From positions 5,387 to 69,386 of the forward strand of contig JABGVJ010000099.1 of the NCBI GenBank assembly GCA_018646105.1: a stretch of DNA of 64,000 nucleotides, written 5' to 3'. The DNA comes from a bacterium (GTDB lineage Bacteria > Margulisbacteria > Marinamargulisbacteria > JABGVJ01). A program made the translations under genes and the position numbers. Every line of letters starts with the position of its first letter. Position 1 is the stretch's first letter. Positions 48,827 through 58,556 of the stretch are shown here, in pieces. The notes under the pieces are model-generated. The model was not told where the DNA came from and ran no database searches. It worked only from the letters and a program-made list of their open reading frames with translations.

Positions 48827-49642
48827 ATGAAAAAAGTTAACTCTGGAGAAAAAATATTACATAAGGAAGAATCTTTTCATGATGATTGGGCGGCTAGTGT
48901 GGATATTGATAGAGTTGCAGTTGATGAGTTTTTTGAGGCTTGTACGGCTCCTGAAAATAGATACATCATGCAAAAATTGGGAGACTTGAATGGAAAAAGA
49001 ATATTGGAAGTTGGTTGCGGTTTAGGCGAGGCTTCTGTATATTTCGCTAAAAAAGGTGCGGATGTAGTTGCTACAGATATTTCTTCTGGAATGCTTGAGG
49101 TAGTAAAAAAATTAGCGGCTTTACATAACGTATCCTTGACCACTAAACAGGCTTATTCGCATGAATTAGATTTTGTTGATAATTCATTTGATGTTGTGTA
49201 TGCAGCAAATCTTTTACATCATATAGACTTAGAACCGACTTTAAAGGAAGTGAAAAGAGTTTTAAAAAAAGGGGGCGTATTTATATCTTGGGATCCATTA
49301 GCGCATAATCCGATGATTAATGTATATAGAAAAATGGCTATGAAAGTAAGAACTGATGATGAACATCCGATACAAATGAAACAATTAAAAATTTTCAAAC
49401 AATTTTTTTCTAAAATAGATATTAAAACGACTTGGTTTTTTACTTTATGGATTTTTTTAAAGTTTTATTTTATTGATAGAGTTGATCCAAATAAAGAGCG
49501 ATATTGGAAGAAAATAATAACAGATCATAAAAAACTAGAAAAAATGTATTATAGGCTGGAGAAGATAGATAATTTATTTTTGAAACTTTTTCCTTTTATG
49601 AGAAGGTTTTGTTGGAATATTGTGGTAATAGGAGAGAAATAG
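48827..49642 (+). CDS. Class I SAM-dependent methyltransferase
   Basis: ILEVGCGLGEASVYFAKKGADVVATDIS motifs; 271 aa. Confidence 0.65.
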   Translation: MKKVNSGEKILHKEESFHDDWAASVDIDRVAVDEFFEACTAPENRYIMQKLGDLNGKRILEVGCGLGEASVYFAKKGADVVATDISSGMLEVVKKLAALHNVSLTTKQAYSHELDFVDNSFDVVYAANLLHHIDLEPTLKEVKRVLKKGGVFISWDPLAHNPMINVYRKMAMKVRTDDEHPIQMKQLKIFKQFFSKIDIKTTWFFTLWIFLKFYFIDRVDPNKERYWKKIITDHKKLEKMYYRLEKIDNLFLKLFPFMRRFCWNIVVIGEK

Positions 49643-49644
49643 AT

Positions 49645-50949
49645 ATGAATTTTTTAAAAAGTAATAATTTTTTTACTCTTTGTGCTATTTTGTTTTTTGG
49701 TGTATTTTTTTTCTTTTTTGTTAATATTTTTTTTACGCATAAATATAATCCGGAAAAATATTTGAACTCAAATTTAATAGAAATTGCAAAACAAAAATTT
49801 ATTGATAAAGGCTATGAAAATATTCATTTTGGATTGATGCCGGCAAGATATAGAACCTTAATTAAGGCTGTTAATGGATATGCGTCTTCAAAAATTTATT
49901 TGGTAGTTAAAGATAAAAAAAGTTTTAAGGCTTTAAATTTAGCAGATGATAAGGGCTTTTATTTTTTTGTTATAGTTTTGATGAATATTTTTAATCTGTC
50001 TTTAAATAAAGCTATAGATGTATTTTTTATTTTTTTATTTGCAGGGGCTTCAATTTCGGGAATGATAGGTGGAATGTTTCTGTACAAAAAATGGTTGTTA
50101 AGAATGATTTATTTAAGTAGTTTGATGTTTATTAATTTTATTGCAATTAGGGTAGGGGGGTTATATGTCATAAATGCTTTATTGGTAGTTGCTTTTTTTC
50201 CTTGGGTATTATGGCTTTTTGAAAGAAATAAAATAGATAAAATAACTTTTATAGTATTGTCTGCTATTGTTTTTTTTATTTCGATAGCTCATTTTGTGCG
50301 AGTTTATTCAGGTGTTGGGCTATTATTATTTATGCTAATTTTATTATTTTATTTTGTTAAGAGCTCTTTGAAAAAAAAATGTTTGTTAATTTTTATTCTT
50401 CTTATGTTCGGTTTGCTTCCTGTGTTATTTTTTAATTCGTTGTTTAGTGAAAGAGATCTTTTTTTGAGAAAAAATGTAGCTAATTATACAAAACAAACAA
50501 ATATTGAAGGACATTATTTTTGGCATAATGCATATATAGGATTGGGATATCTTGAGAATCCTTATGTGTCAGCATATAAGGATGAAGTTGGTATAGCTAA
50601 AATCAAATCAGTAGATCCAAACGTTATTTTTGCATCTATGCAGCATCAAAAAATTTTAAAAGAAGCTTTTTTTGAATTAATTTTTAAACATCCACTATTT
50701 TTTATGCGTAATGTTTTTGCAAAATTTGGAGTTATTTTATTTTATTTTTTGGCTTCCGCAAATATTGGTTTATTTTTTGCTTATTTTTATAGGAAATCTA
50801 AAATACTTGAAGTTAGTTTTTTGGTAGCTTTGGGATTTAATGCTTTATTCGGAATATTGATAGTTCCATATTCAACTTATTTGCTTGGATTCATAGCTTT
50901 TGCCACTATGTATGGAATGGTAAGTATAAATTATTATTTAGAACAATGA
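49645..50949 (+). CDS. Polytopic membrane protein; possibly a GtrC-like/polymerase-like glycosyl-modifying membrane protein. Start set at MNFLKS.
   Basis: About 11 hydrophobic helices; no motif recognised. Confidence 0.3.
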   Translation: MNFLKSNNFFTLCAILFFGVFFFFFVNIFFTHKYNPEKYLNSNLIEIAKQKFIDKGYENIHFGLMPARYRTLIKAVNGYASSKIYLVVKDKKSFKALNLADDKGFYFFVIVLMNIFNLSLNKAIDVFFIFLFAGASISGMIGGMFLYKKWLLRMIYLSSLMFINFIAIRVGGLYVINALLVVAFFPWVLWLFERNKIDKITFIVLSAIVFFISIAHFVRVYSGVGLLLFMLILLFYFVKSSLKKKCLLIFILLMFGLLPVLFFNSLFSERDLFLRKNVANYTKQTNIEGHYFWHNAYIGLGYLENPYVSAYKDEVGIAKIKSVDPNVIFASMQHQKILKEAFFELIFKHPLFFMRNVFAKFGVILFYFLASANIGLFFAYFYRKSKILEVSFLVALGFNALFGILIVPYSTYLLGFIAFATMYGMVSINYYLEQ

Positions 50950-51953
50950 AAATAAAAGAGATAGAGCTAAAAAAGGATAACAAGTCACCTGTTTTTGCCT
51001 TCCCAAAGTATCTTGATTTTTGTTCCTCTGCTTATGGTTGGGTAGGGGGGGGGGTAAACAATGAGTTGAAATTTATTTTGCCATATACTTTAAAATCTAA
51101 ACTATGTTTTCGTTGGGTTATGTTTTATACGGCTACAATTTGTTTGGATGAAAATTTAACTATAGATCAGGAAAAAGATTTTTTAAATAGTGTAGTTGAG
51201 TTTTTTAAAGCTGAAAAAAAAATTGATTTTATATGTTCTCCGCCTGTTAATGCTGTTTTTAATGTTTATCCTAGTGAAGCAGTATCTGCTGCTTTTGGAA
51301 CATATCTTATTGATTTGAGTTTATCTGAAGAGATTTTATGGGATAAATTGCATTCTAAGCATCGGAATGTAATTAGAAAGGCTATGAAGGATCAAGTAAA
51401 TATAAAGAGAGGGAAAGAATATCTAGATTTAGCTTATAAACTTATCAAAGAAACACAGTTACGATCAGATAAAGGATTTTCTAGTATAGAAAAATTTAAA
51501 GAATTAATAAATTCTTTAGAAAATAACGTTGAAATATTTGTTTCATTTTATAAAGATAAACCACAAGGCTGCGCTGTTTTTTTGTATAGTGATTATGCTG
51601 TTTACTATCGTCATGGAGGAAGCATAGAGAGGCCTTTTACAGGTTCGTTAAATTTGCTTCATTGGGAAGCAATTAAGTATTTTAAGGCAAAAGGTGTGTT
51701 GAGATATGATTTTCTTGGCGCGAGAATAAAACCAGACAAAGGTTCTAAGTTAGAAGGCATACAACGATTTAAAAGTCGGTTTGGCGGAGAATTAAGGCAA
51801 GGGTATTTATGGAAATTGGTTGTAAGAAAATGGAAATATAGGTTATTTCAATTTATTTTTGCTATTAAAAATGGGACGTTTGAAGAAGATATTATTGATC
51901 AAGAAATAAAAAAGGCTAAGAAAGACAATGAAAAAAATATTGCTGACTTGTGA
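50946..51953 (+). CDS. FemAB-family (GNAT-fold) transferase-like protein, PEP-CTERM-locus-type. It contains an internal G10 tract.
   Basis: Size (335 aa) and pattern resemble FemAB-related polysaccharide-locus proteins. G10 at 51045-51054 is read as GGG GGG GGG. Confidence 0.4.
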   Translation: MKIKEIELKKDNKSPVFAFPKYLDFCSSAYGWVGGGVNNELKFILPYTLKSKLCFRWVMFYTATICLDENLTIDQEKDFLNSVVEFFKAEKKIDFICSPPVNAVFNVYPSEAVSAAFGTYLIDLSLSEEILWDKLHSKHRNVIRKAMKDQVNIKRGKEYLDLAYKLIKETQLRSDKGFSSIEKFKELINSLENNVEIFVSFYKDKPQGCAVFLYSDYAVYYRHGGSIERPFTGSLNLLHWEAIKYFKAKGVLRYDFLGARIKPDKGSKLEGIQRFKSRFGGELRQGYLWKLVVRKWKYRLFQFIFAIKNGTFEEDIIDQEIKKAKKDNEKNIADL

Positions 51954-52896
51954 TACGGAAGTAGGATTGCTTGAAGTTCCTATTAGGAAGGATGCTTTTG
52001 AAGTTTTTATTGAAGGAAAAATAAATTCTGAAGAAGTAGGCTATAAATTTATAAATAAAATTGCTTCAAAATATAAAGCTAAGGTTGAGCATTTTGTAGA
52101 TATTTATGCTTATGAAAAAGTTGGAGAAAAAAAGTTTGCAAATCTTTGTAATAATATTTTAGAAATGGGGCATAATATTTCCTTACATACGCATCCTTCT
52201 CATAAATATGACAGCAAAAGAAAATTTATGCATCAATATAGCTTGGCTGAACAAAAAGAGATTATTGAACATGGCAAAGAAAAAATTCATGAGTGGACTA
52301 AAAAAGAAGTAAGAGTGCATAGAGCTGGTGGTTATGGTATGAATTTAAATACGTTAAGAGCATTAAAATGCCATGATTTTAAAATAGATTGTTCTTATTT
52401 TAAAGGTCATCAAAATTGTTTGTATCAAAAAAAAGTATTTAATAGGCTGTTTTTACAAGAAGGTATTTTAGAAATACCAGTAAGCGTTTTTCAGAATAAT
52501 ATTAATTATTGGCCAGGAGCGATAAAGAGAAAAGTGATGACTAAGTTAGATTTTCGTTATGGGGCTGATACAAATCAAATTTTGAGAGTGATAGAGCAGG
52601 CGCCTGATAATGTTTTGATAGTGTTGTTTTTACATAGTTTTAATTTTTTGAATAGATTTTATGATTTTAAGTTAAAAAGGTTTAAGAGAATTACCATAAA
52701 TAGAAAACTTATTATAGAATATGAGAAACTTTTGGCTGGCATTAAAGATAGGCTTGATTGTGAATTTATAAGTTTAGATCAAATAGATAATTCTGATTAT
52801 GCAGATGACTATTTAGTTGATATTAATACAGCTAGATTTATGGGGAATGCTTTATTAGGTAAAGTAAATAATTTATTTCGGAATAGATATGTTTGA
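51928..52896 (+). CDS. Putative polysaccharide deacetylase-like (divergent CE4/DUF3473-like) protein
   Basis: N-terminal LLTCDTEVG and His-rich HNISLHTHPSH motif. Weak evidence. Confidence 0.3.
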   Translation: MKKILLTCDTEVGLLEVPIRKDAFEVFIEGKINSEEVGYKFINKIASKYKAKVEHFVDIYAYEKVGEKKFANLCNNILEMGHNISLHTHPSHKYDSKRKFMHQYSLAEQKEIIEHGKEKIHEWTKKEVRVHRAGGYGMNLNTLRALKCHDFKIDCSYFKGHQNCLYQKKVFNRLFLQEGILEIPVSVFQNNINYWPGAIKRKVMTKLDFRYGADTNQILRVIEQAPDNVLIVLFLHSFNFLNRFYDFKLKRFKRITINRKLIIEYEKLLAGIKDRLDCEFISLDQIDNSDYADDYLVDINTARFMGNALLGKVNNLFRNRYV

Positions 52897-54130
52897 AAAT
52901 TCGAGAATTTTATATTTACGAACTGTTTATTGGTTTGATTTAAAATGCGGAGGATCTGTAGGCCATACAGCGGGAGTTATCAATGCTTTGGATAAAAAGA
53001 TTGAATTAGATGTTGTTTCCAATGATGTATTATCAGAAGTAAAAAGAGAAATTGAAATTATTAAACCCATTAAATTGAAATTGGGTATTGATAAATTATT
53101 TAATTTGAGTGAAATTTTGTATTCAATAAAAATAATTAAATTTTTTAAAAAACCGGCGCTAAAAAAATATAAAGCTATTTATCAAAGATATTCGGGATAT
53201 TCCTTTGCAGGAGCTTATTTAGCTAAGAAATATCATATTCCTTTAATTTTGGAATTCAATTCTTCAGATGTTTGGAAAATAAAAAATTGGACAACCAAAA
53301 CTAATATTTGGCGATCGTTACTAAGAAATTTAATCCGGAAATTTATTAGGTTACCTATAGTTAAATGTATTGAAAGTTACAATATTAGAAATGCGAATTT
53401 AATTGTGGTTGTTTCCCAGGTTTTAAAGGGTTTTTTAGTGGATTATGGAGTTAAGCCAACTAAAATATTAGTCAATCCAAATGGTATTAACCCGGAAATT
53501 TATACGCCAGAGATAAATGGAGGCAAAATAAGAAAAAAATATTTTTTGGAAGATAAAATAATAATAGGATTTATAGGTACTTTTGGACAATGGCATGGTG
53601 TTTGCGAAATGGCTAGGGCGATTATTAGGTTTTATGAGAAAAATCTTGAAAAAGCAGATAATACCAAGTTTTTATTAATTGGGGATGGTATTTTGTTTAA
53701 TGAAGTGCAGAATCTAATAAATAACTCTCCATATAAAGATAGTGTTATTTTTACAAGGGGCGTGCCACAAGAAGAAGCACCAAAATATTTGGCAGCTTGT
53801 GATATTTTTTTATCGCCGCATATAAAAAATCCAGATGGTTCTAAATTTTTTGGTAGCCCTACAAAGTTATTTGAATATATGGGTATGGGTAAAGCAATTA
53901 TTGCCAGTGATTTGGATCAAATTGGCGAAATTTTAGAACATAAGAAAACGGCTTATTTGGTTGAGCCAGGAAATATTGAGCAGTTAGCAGATGCTATTAA
54001 TATTTTATGTGAAGATGTAAAACTAAGAGATAGTTTAGGAGAAAATGCAAGAGAAGAAGTTGTGGCTAAACATACTTGGGATAAACACGCAGAGAATATT
54101 TTAGAGAAAATAAAAGGGTTAGAAAAATAG
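52889..54130 (+). CDS. GT4-family glycosyltransferase
   Basis: C-terminal GT-B donor-binding motif EYMGMGKAIIASD...GEIL...G; 413 aa. Confidence 0.7.
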   Translation: MFENSRILYLRTVYWFDLKCGGSVGHTAGVINALDKKIELDVVSNDVLSEVKREIEIIKPIKLKLGIDKLFNLSEILYSIKIIKFFKKPALKKYKAIYQRYSGYSFAGAYLAKKYHIPLILEFNSSDVWKIKNWTTKTNIWRSLLRNLIRKFIRLPIVKCIESYNIRNANLIVVVSQVLKGFLVDYGVKPTKILVNPNGINPEIYTPEINGGKIRKKYFLEDKIIIGFIGTFGQWHGVCEMARAIIRFYEKNLEKADNTKFLLIGDGILFNEVQNLINNSPYKDSVIFTRGVPQEEAPKYLAACDIFLSPHIKNPDGSKFFGSPTKLFEYMGMGKAIIASDLDQIGEILEHKKTAYLVEPGNIEQLADAINILCEDVKLRDSLGENAREEVVAKHTWDKHAENILEKIKGLEK

Positions 54131-56251
54131 ATGAATGTTTTAGAAAAAATTGTTAGAACGCCAATGCCAATATTAATAAATAAATTGTCACATAAATTAT
54201 TTTTTAAATTTTTTGAATATAGAGATTTATATTTTGATACAAGGATTAGTTTTGATGTAGAAAAAATTCAAAAAAACTATATTGATATTTCAAAGTTGGA
54301 TTTTTCTAAAATAGATAAAAAAGTAGTTAAATATTTAATAGATATGTATTTAAATCATAGATTTGATTTTTTGGGTAGTGGTTGGGTGACAAATAGTTAT
54401 GATTCAAAAGTTTTGGGTCTTGAGCAGTATAGATATGAAATGAATGTGGAAATAGAAAGGTTTGATAAGGAAGGAAAGTGGCTTAATAAAATTATTTTGT
54501 CAAAACATTTGAAAAGGAGTAAAAAAATTTGGCAACAAGTTTCTGAAAATTATATTCCAATTGATTGGCAGAAAGATTATAAGAGTGGCTTTCGGTGGGA
54601 TGCTAGAAAATGGTATAAAAATCAGCAGATAGGAGATAAATTAGGATCTGATATTAAAGTTCCTTGGGAATTAGCGAGATTACAACATTTACCGCAAATG
54701 GCCATATTTTCATTGGTTTTACCTAATAAGAAAGATCAATTGATATTGGAATTTAAAAATCAAATTTTGGATTTTATAGCTACAAATCCCCCAAGAATGG
54801 GTTGTAATTGGACTTGCGCAATGGATGTTGGTATTCGAGTAGCTAATATGCTTGTGGCTTATGATATGTTTTTACAAATAGATAACAATGGAATTTTAGA
54901 TAATAAATTTAAACAGATTTTTGCTAATTCAGTATATGAGCATGGGGTTCATATAATGAGTAATTTGGAGAATGGACTAATCACCTATAATCATTATTTA
55001 GCAAACATAGTTGGCTTATTATTCGTTGTTGCTTACTTAGAGAAAACTAAAATAGTTGATCGGTGGTTAGGTTTTGCAGTTAAGGAACTAATAAGAGAGT
55101 TTGATAAACAGTTTTATGAAGATGGTAGTAATTTTGAAGCGTCAACTAATTATCATAGATTAAGTGGTGAATTGATGATATATGGGGCAGCTTTTGTTTT
55201 AGGATTAGAGAAAGATAAAGCGGAAAATGTTTTTCCAGAATGGTTTTGGGAAAGATTATGGCGGGTAGGGAAGTTTACAGTAGACCTCACAAAAAAAACA
55301 GGTGAAATTTCTCAAATTGGAGATAATGATAGTGGTCGTTTTTTTAGGTTTTCACCAAGTGGGCTGTTTTTAACAAATAAACAGGCTGAAGAACAATATC
55401 TAAATTTAGAAGGTTATAATAAACTGATTAATAAACCAGCAGAACTTTTTTGGGATAAAAATATTTTAAATCATGCTACATTTGTGTCAGCTATAGATGG
55501 TTTATTTAATGATGAAAACTTTCAGAATTATAGTCATAATTTCCCTTTGGAAAAAAGTATCATAGAGGCTTTGGCAAAAGGTAAAAAGGTAAAGATTAAA
55601 GATGTAAAAGAAAGAGAAGTTAAGATTGAAAGCCAGGGGCTAGATTTAGAGAAATATGAATATCATAAAGAAACAGTTATTAAGCCATCCAGCAAGAAAA
55701 AGACTTCTTTAGATCAGAATTTAGTTTTAATTTCATATTCTGATACAGGTATTTATATTTTTAAATCAGATAGAATTCATATGACAATTTCAGCAGGACC
55801 AAATGGGCAAAATGGTAATGGTGGGCATGCGCATAATGACAAATTATCTTTTGAGCTTAATATAGATGGCGAAGATTTATTTGTGGATCCTGGTACGTAT
55901 CTTTATACGCCTTTACCAGAAAGAAGAAATGAGTTTAGAAGCGTGAAAGTTCATAATACTTTGGTGGTGGCTGATGAAGAACAGAATGATTTTAGAGATC
56001 TTTTTGGCTTAGTGAAAGAAGCTGAATGTATCATAAGGAAAATAAGCAATAAGGAAATAATAATAGAATTAAATTATAAAGATGTTATTTGTTTGAGAAA
56101 AATATGTATTATGGAAGATAAAATTTTAGTAAATGATTTTGCTAATAAAGAATTTAAAGTTAATTTTGTTGATGATTATTTATATTCTAATGGATATGGT
56201 AAGTTTTTTAAAAAAAGGAATGAGTTTGAAAAAAATATTATTTGTAACTAA
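54131..56251 (+). CDS. Heparinase II/III-like (alginate-lyase-superfamily) protein
   Basis: NWTCAMDVGIRVANM and the C-terminal GHAHNDKLSFEL heparinase II/III motif; 706 aa. Confidence 0.55.
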   Translation: MNVLEKIVRTPMPILINKLSHKLFFKFFEYRDLYFDTRISFDVEKIQKNYIDISKLDFSKIDKKVVKYLIDMYLNHRFDFLGSGWVTNSYDSKVLGLEQYRYEMNVEIERFDKEGKWLNKIILSKHLKRSKKIWQQVSENYIPIDWQKDYKSGFRWDARKWYKNQQIGDKLGSDIKVPWELARLQHLPQMAIFSLVLPNKKDQLILEFKNQILDFIATNPPRMGCNWTCAMDVGIRVANMLVAYDMFLQIDNNGILDNKFKQIFANSVYEHGVHIMSNLENGLITYNHYLANIVGLLFVVAYLEKTKIVDRWLGFAVKELIREFDKQFYEDGSNFEASTNYHRLSGELMIYGAAFVLGLEKDKAENVFPEWFWERLWRVGKFTVDLTKKTGEISQIGDNDSGRFFRFSPSGLFLTNKQAEEQYLNLEGYNKLINKPAELFWDKNILNHATFVSAIDGLFNDENFQNYSHNFPLEKSIIEALAKGKKVKIKDVKEREVKIESQGLDLEKYEYHKETVIKPSSKKKTSLDQNLVLISYSDTGIYIFKSDRIHMTISAGPNGQNGNGGHAHNDKLSFELNIDGEDLFVDPGTYLYTPLPERRNEFRSVKVHNTLVVADEEQNDFRDLFGLVKEAECIIRKISNKEIIIELNYKDVICLRKICIMEDKILVNDFANKEFKVNFVDDYLYSNGYGKFFKKRNEFEKNIICN

Positions 56252-57362
56252 AGATTTTTTACCAGCGATAGGTGGTGGGATTAGAAGAATAGAAGCTCTT
56301 TATAAGGCTTTTTTGGTGAATAAAGGGCTTACTTTAGAAGTAGTGACGGCTGAAAGTAGAGCGCAAGGGCGATACAAGGATGTGCAGTATATCTCACAAT
56401 TATTATTTAAGGATAAGATATCATCTGGAGGTGGATTATCGAGGTTAAATAATAAAGTTAAGATTAAGTTTTTTGATAAAGCTTTAATTGGTTGGTTACC
56501 AAATGTTATTTTTAGAATTTTTTATAAAAAATATGATTTGGTTTATTGTACGGTTCCTACTTTTACTAATTTATTAATAGGTTTTTTATATAAATTGGTA
56601 AGAATGAATAAGCCTAAGTTGATAGTTGAGTATCGAGATATGTATAGTTTTAATCCTGAATATAAAGATGGTTTTAGTAAGAAGTTTTTGCAAATTATAG
56701 AAAAATTAATTTTAAGAAATTGTGACTATATTGTAGTTACTACTCAGGGGATGAAAAATGTTTTTTCTGCTTTTATAGAAGATAATAAGATATGGATGAT
56801 GAGAAATTATGTAAGCAAAGATGATTTAAATATTATTAAAAAATTAGATAGAGATGAGTATGATAAGCGTTATTTTCATATTGGTTATGTAGGTACTTTG
56901 AATACAGGTCGCCATCCAGAAGTTTTTTTAGGTATGTTGAGGCTGAAAGTAAAGAACAAAGAAAGTGTTTTGCATTTTGTAGGAATAACAGAAGCTCAAA
57001 AGAAGGGCGTTTTAGAAATAATGGAAAACCGTGGCTTAGATAATACGAAAGTGATTTTTCATGGTAAAGTAAGTCGCTTAATTGCTTTGAAATATATGAA
57101 GTCCTTGGACGCTCTTTTTTTGATAATTAATAAGAAGGCTTTAATTAAAGATGGCTATGGTATTCCAGGGAAATTGTATGATTATATTCAAGCAAATAAT
57201 AATTTGTTTGCGGATTCAGTTACTTTTGACAATTTAAGTAGTGAGTTTAATTTAGAAATTATTGAACAGTATGATGATTATATTAATTTTTCTTTAAACG
57301 ATAGTACCTTATTGAATGATAAGTTGGAAATGTTTATAGATAAATTGGTTAAGGAGCTTTAG
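56220..57362 (+). CDS. GT4-like glycosyltransferase. Start set at MSLKKILFV (ATG at 56220, RBS AAGGAA); it overlaps the previous gene by 32 nt.
   Basis: FLPAIGGGIRR N-terminal GT4 pattern. Confidence 0.55.
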   Translation: MSLKKILFVTKDFLPAIGGGIRRIEALYKAFLVNKGLTLEVVTAESRAQGRYKDVQYISQLLFKDKISSGGGLSRLNNKVKIKFFDKALIGWLPNVIFRIFYKKYDLVYCTVPTFTNLLIGFLYKLVRMNKPKLIVEYRDMYSFNPEYKDGFSKKFLQIIEKLILRNCDYIVVTTQGMKNVFSAFIEDNKIWMMRNYVSKDDLNIIKKLDRDEYDKRYFHIGYVGTLNTGRHPEVFLGMLRLKVKNKESVLHFVGITEAQKKGVLEIMENRGLDNTKVIFHGKVSRLIALKYMKSLDALFLIINKKALIKDGYGIPGKLYDYIQANNNLFADSVTFDNLSSEFNLEIIEQYDDYINFSLNDSTLLNDKLEMFIDKLVKEL

Positions 57363-57365
57363 TGT

Positions 57366-58556
57366 ATGTTAGATAGAAATATAGTTAGATATCATTTTTT
57401 ATATCTTTTTATTTTTTTAAGTCCTTTTGTGAATAATATTAATGGATTTATGATGAAATTTTATAGTTTTAGTTTCGTAGGTCCGCTGTTTTATGCGATT
57501 TCTTTTTTATTTTTTGGTTTTAATATTTTACTTTATAGAAAAAAAGAAGTGTTATTAATAATTTTAGGGTTATTTTTCTATTTTTTGATTTTAGTTTTAA
57601 CGAATAGGTCTCCTTTTTCTAGCTTTGTTGTTTATATTAAATTAATTAACCCGATTATTATTTATTTTTATGTAAGGCATATGGTATTTGATAAGGATAA
57701 AATGAAGAAGATTATTCAAGTGATGATACTGTCAGCAGTATTGTATAGTAGTTTTATTGTTTTATCTGTTTTAACGGGTTTTACTTATTATGAAGGGAAG
57801 GGCTATATTGGGGCTATTCATGCAATTAATGCTCTTACTATGTATTATTTAGTGGTATTTTTCTTCTTGAGTATACTTAAGAGATCAGTTTCTAACAGTG
57901 AATTGTTTATATTTGTGGCTTATGTACTAATTAAAAGTAAGACGATCTTAATTTTTATGCCTATTTATATATATAGATTATTTAAATATGTATTAAAGAA
58001 TTGGAGTTTAGGTTTTAGATTATTAGGTTTTTTTGGGGGTATTATATTTAGCTATAAATATTTTTACGAATGGTTTATTTTGAAATTTCAGCAAAGTTTT
58101 ATAGATTTGTATTCTATGAGAGATTTATTTTTTTATTATACTTTAGACCAAGTATTAAATTTTTTGACTTTTGGCCGCTGGACTATATGGTTGTTGGTTT
58201 TGCAAAATTACAATAAAACTTTTTTAGATGTGATAATAGGTAGTGGATATTATGGAGCTAAATATTTGACAGGGGGGAAGATTGGGATAGAGATGGATGT
58301 ATTAAATGCTTTTAATGTATATGGAATGGTCGGCGTTTTTTTAATTTTTCTTTTTTACTATGTTCCTATTTTTAAGTTTAAAATTTCTAATTATAGTAAA
58401 TTATTATTTTTTGTTGTACTGGTATCTGCTTTTTTTGGAGGGCATTTGGCAGTAGGTCCAATAGCGAATACTATGTATGGTGTTGTTTTGGGGCTTTTGT
58501 ATAATAACGATAAAAAATTAGTGGGAGAATTTTTTGAAATACGTAATGGTGACTAA
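57366..58556 (+). CDS. Wzy-type polymerase/O-antigen-ligase-like membrane protein
   Basis: About 10-11 TM helices with one larger periplasmic loop; 396 aa. Confidence 0.45.
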   Translation: MLDRNIVRYHFLYLFIFLSPFVNNINGFMMKFYSFSFVGPLFYAISFLFFGFNILLYRKKEVLLIILGLFFYFLILVLTNRSPFSSFVVYIKLINPIIIYFYVRHMVFDKDKMKKIIQVMILSAVLYSSFIVLSVLTGFTYYEGKGYIGAIHAINALTMYYLVVFFFLSILKRSVSNSELFIFVAYVLIKSKTILIFMPIYIYRLFKYVLKNWSLGFRLLGFFGGIIFSYKYFYEWFILKFQQSFIDLYSMRDLFFYYTLDQVLNFLTFGRWTIWLLVLQNYNKTFLDVIIGSGYYGAKYLTGGKIGIEMDVLNAFNVYGMVGVFLIFLFYYVPIFKFKISNYSKLLFFVVLVSAFFGGHLAVGPIANTMYGVVLGLLYNNDKKLVGEFFEIRNGD

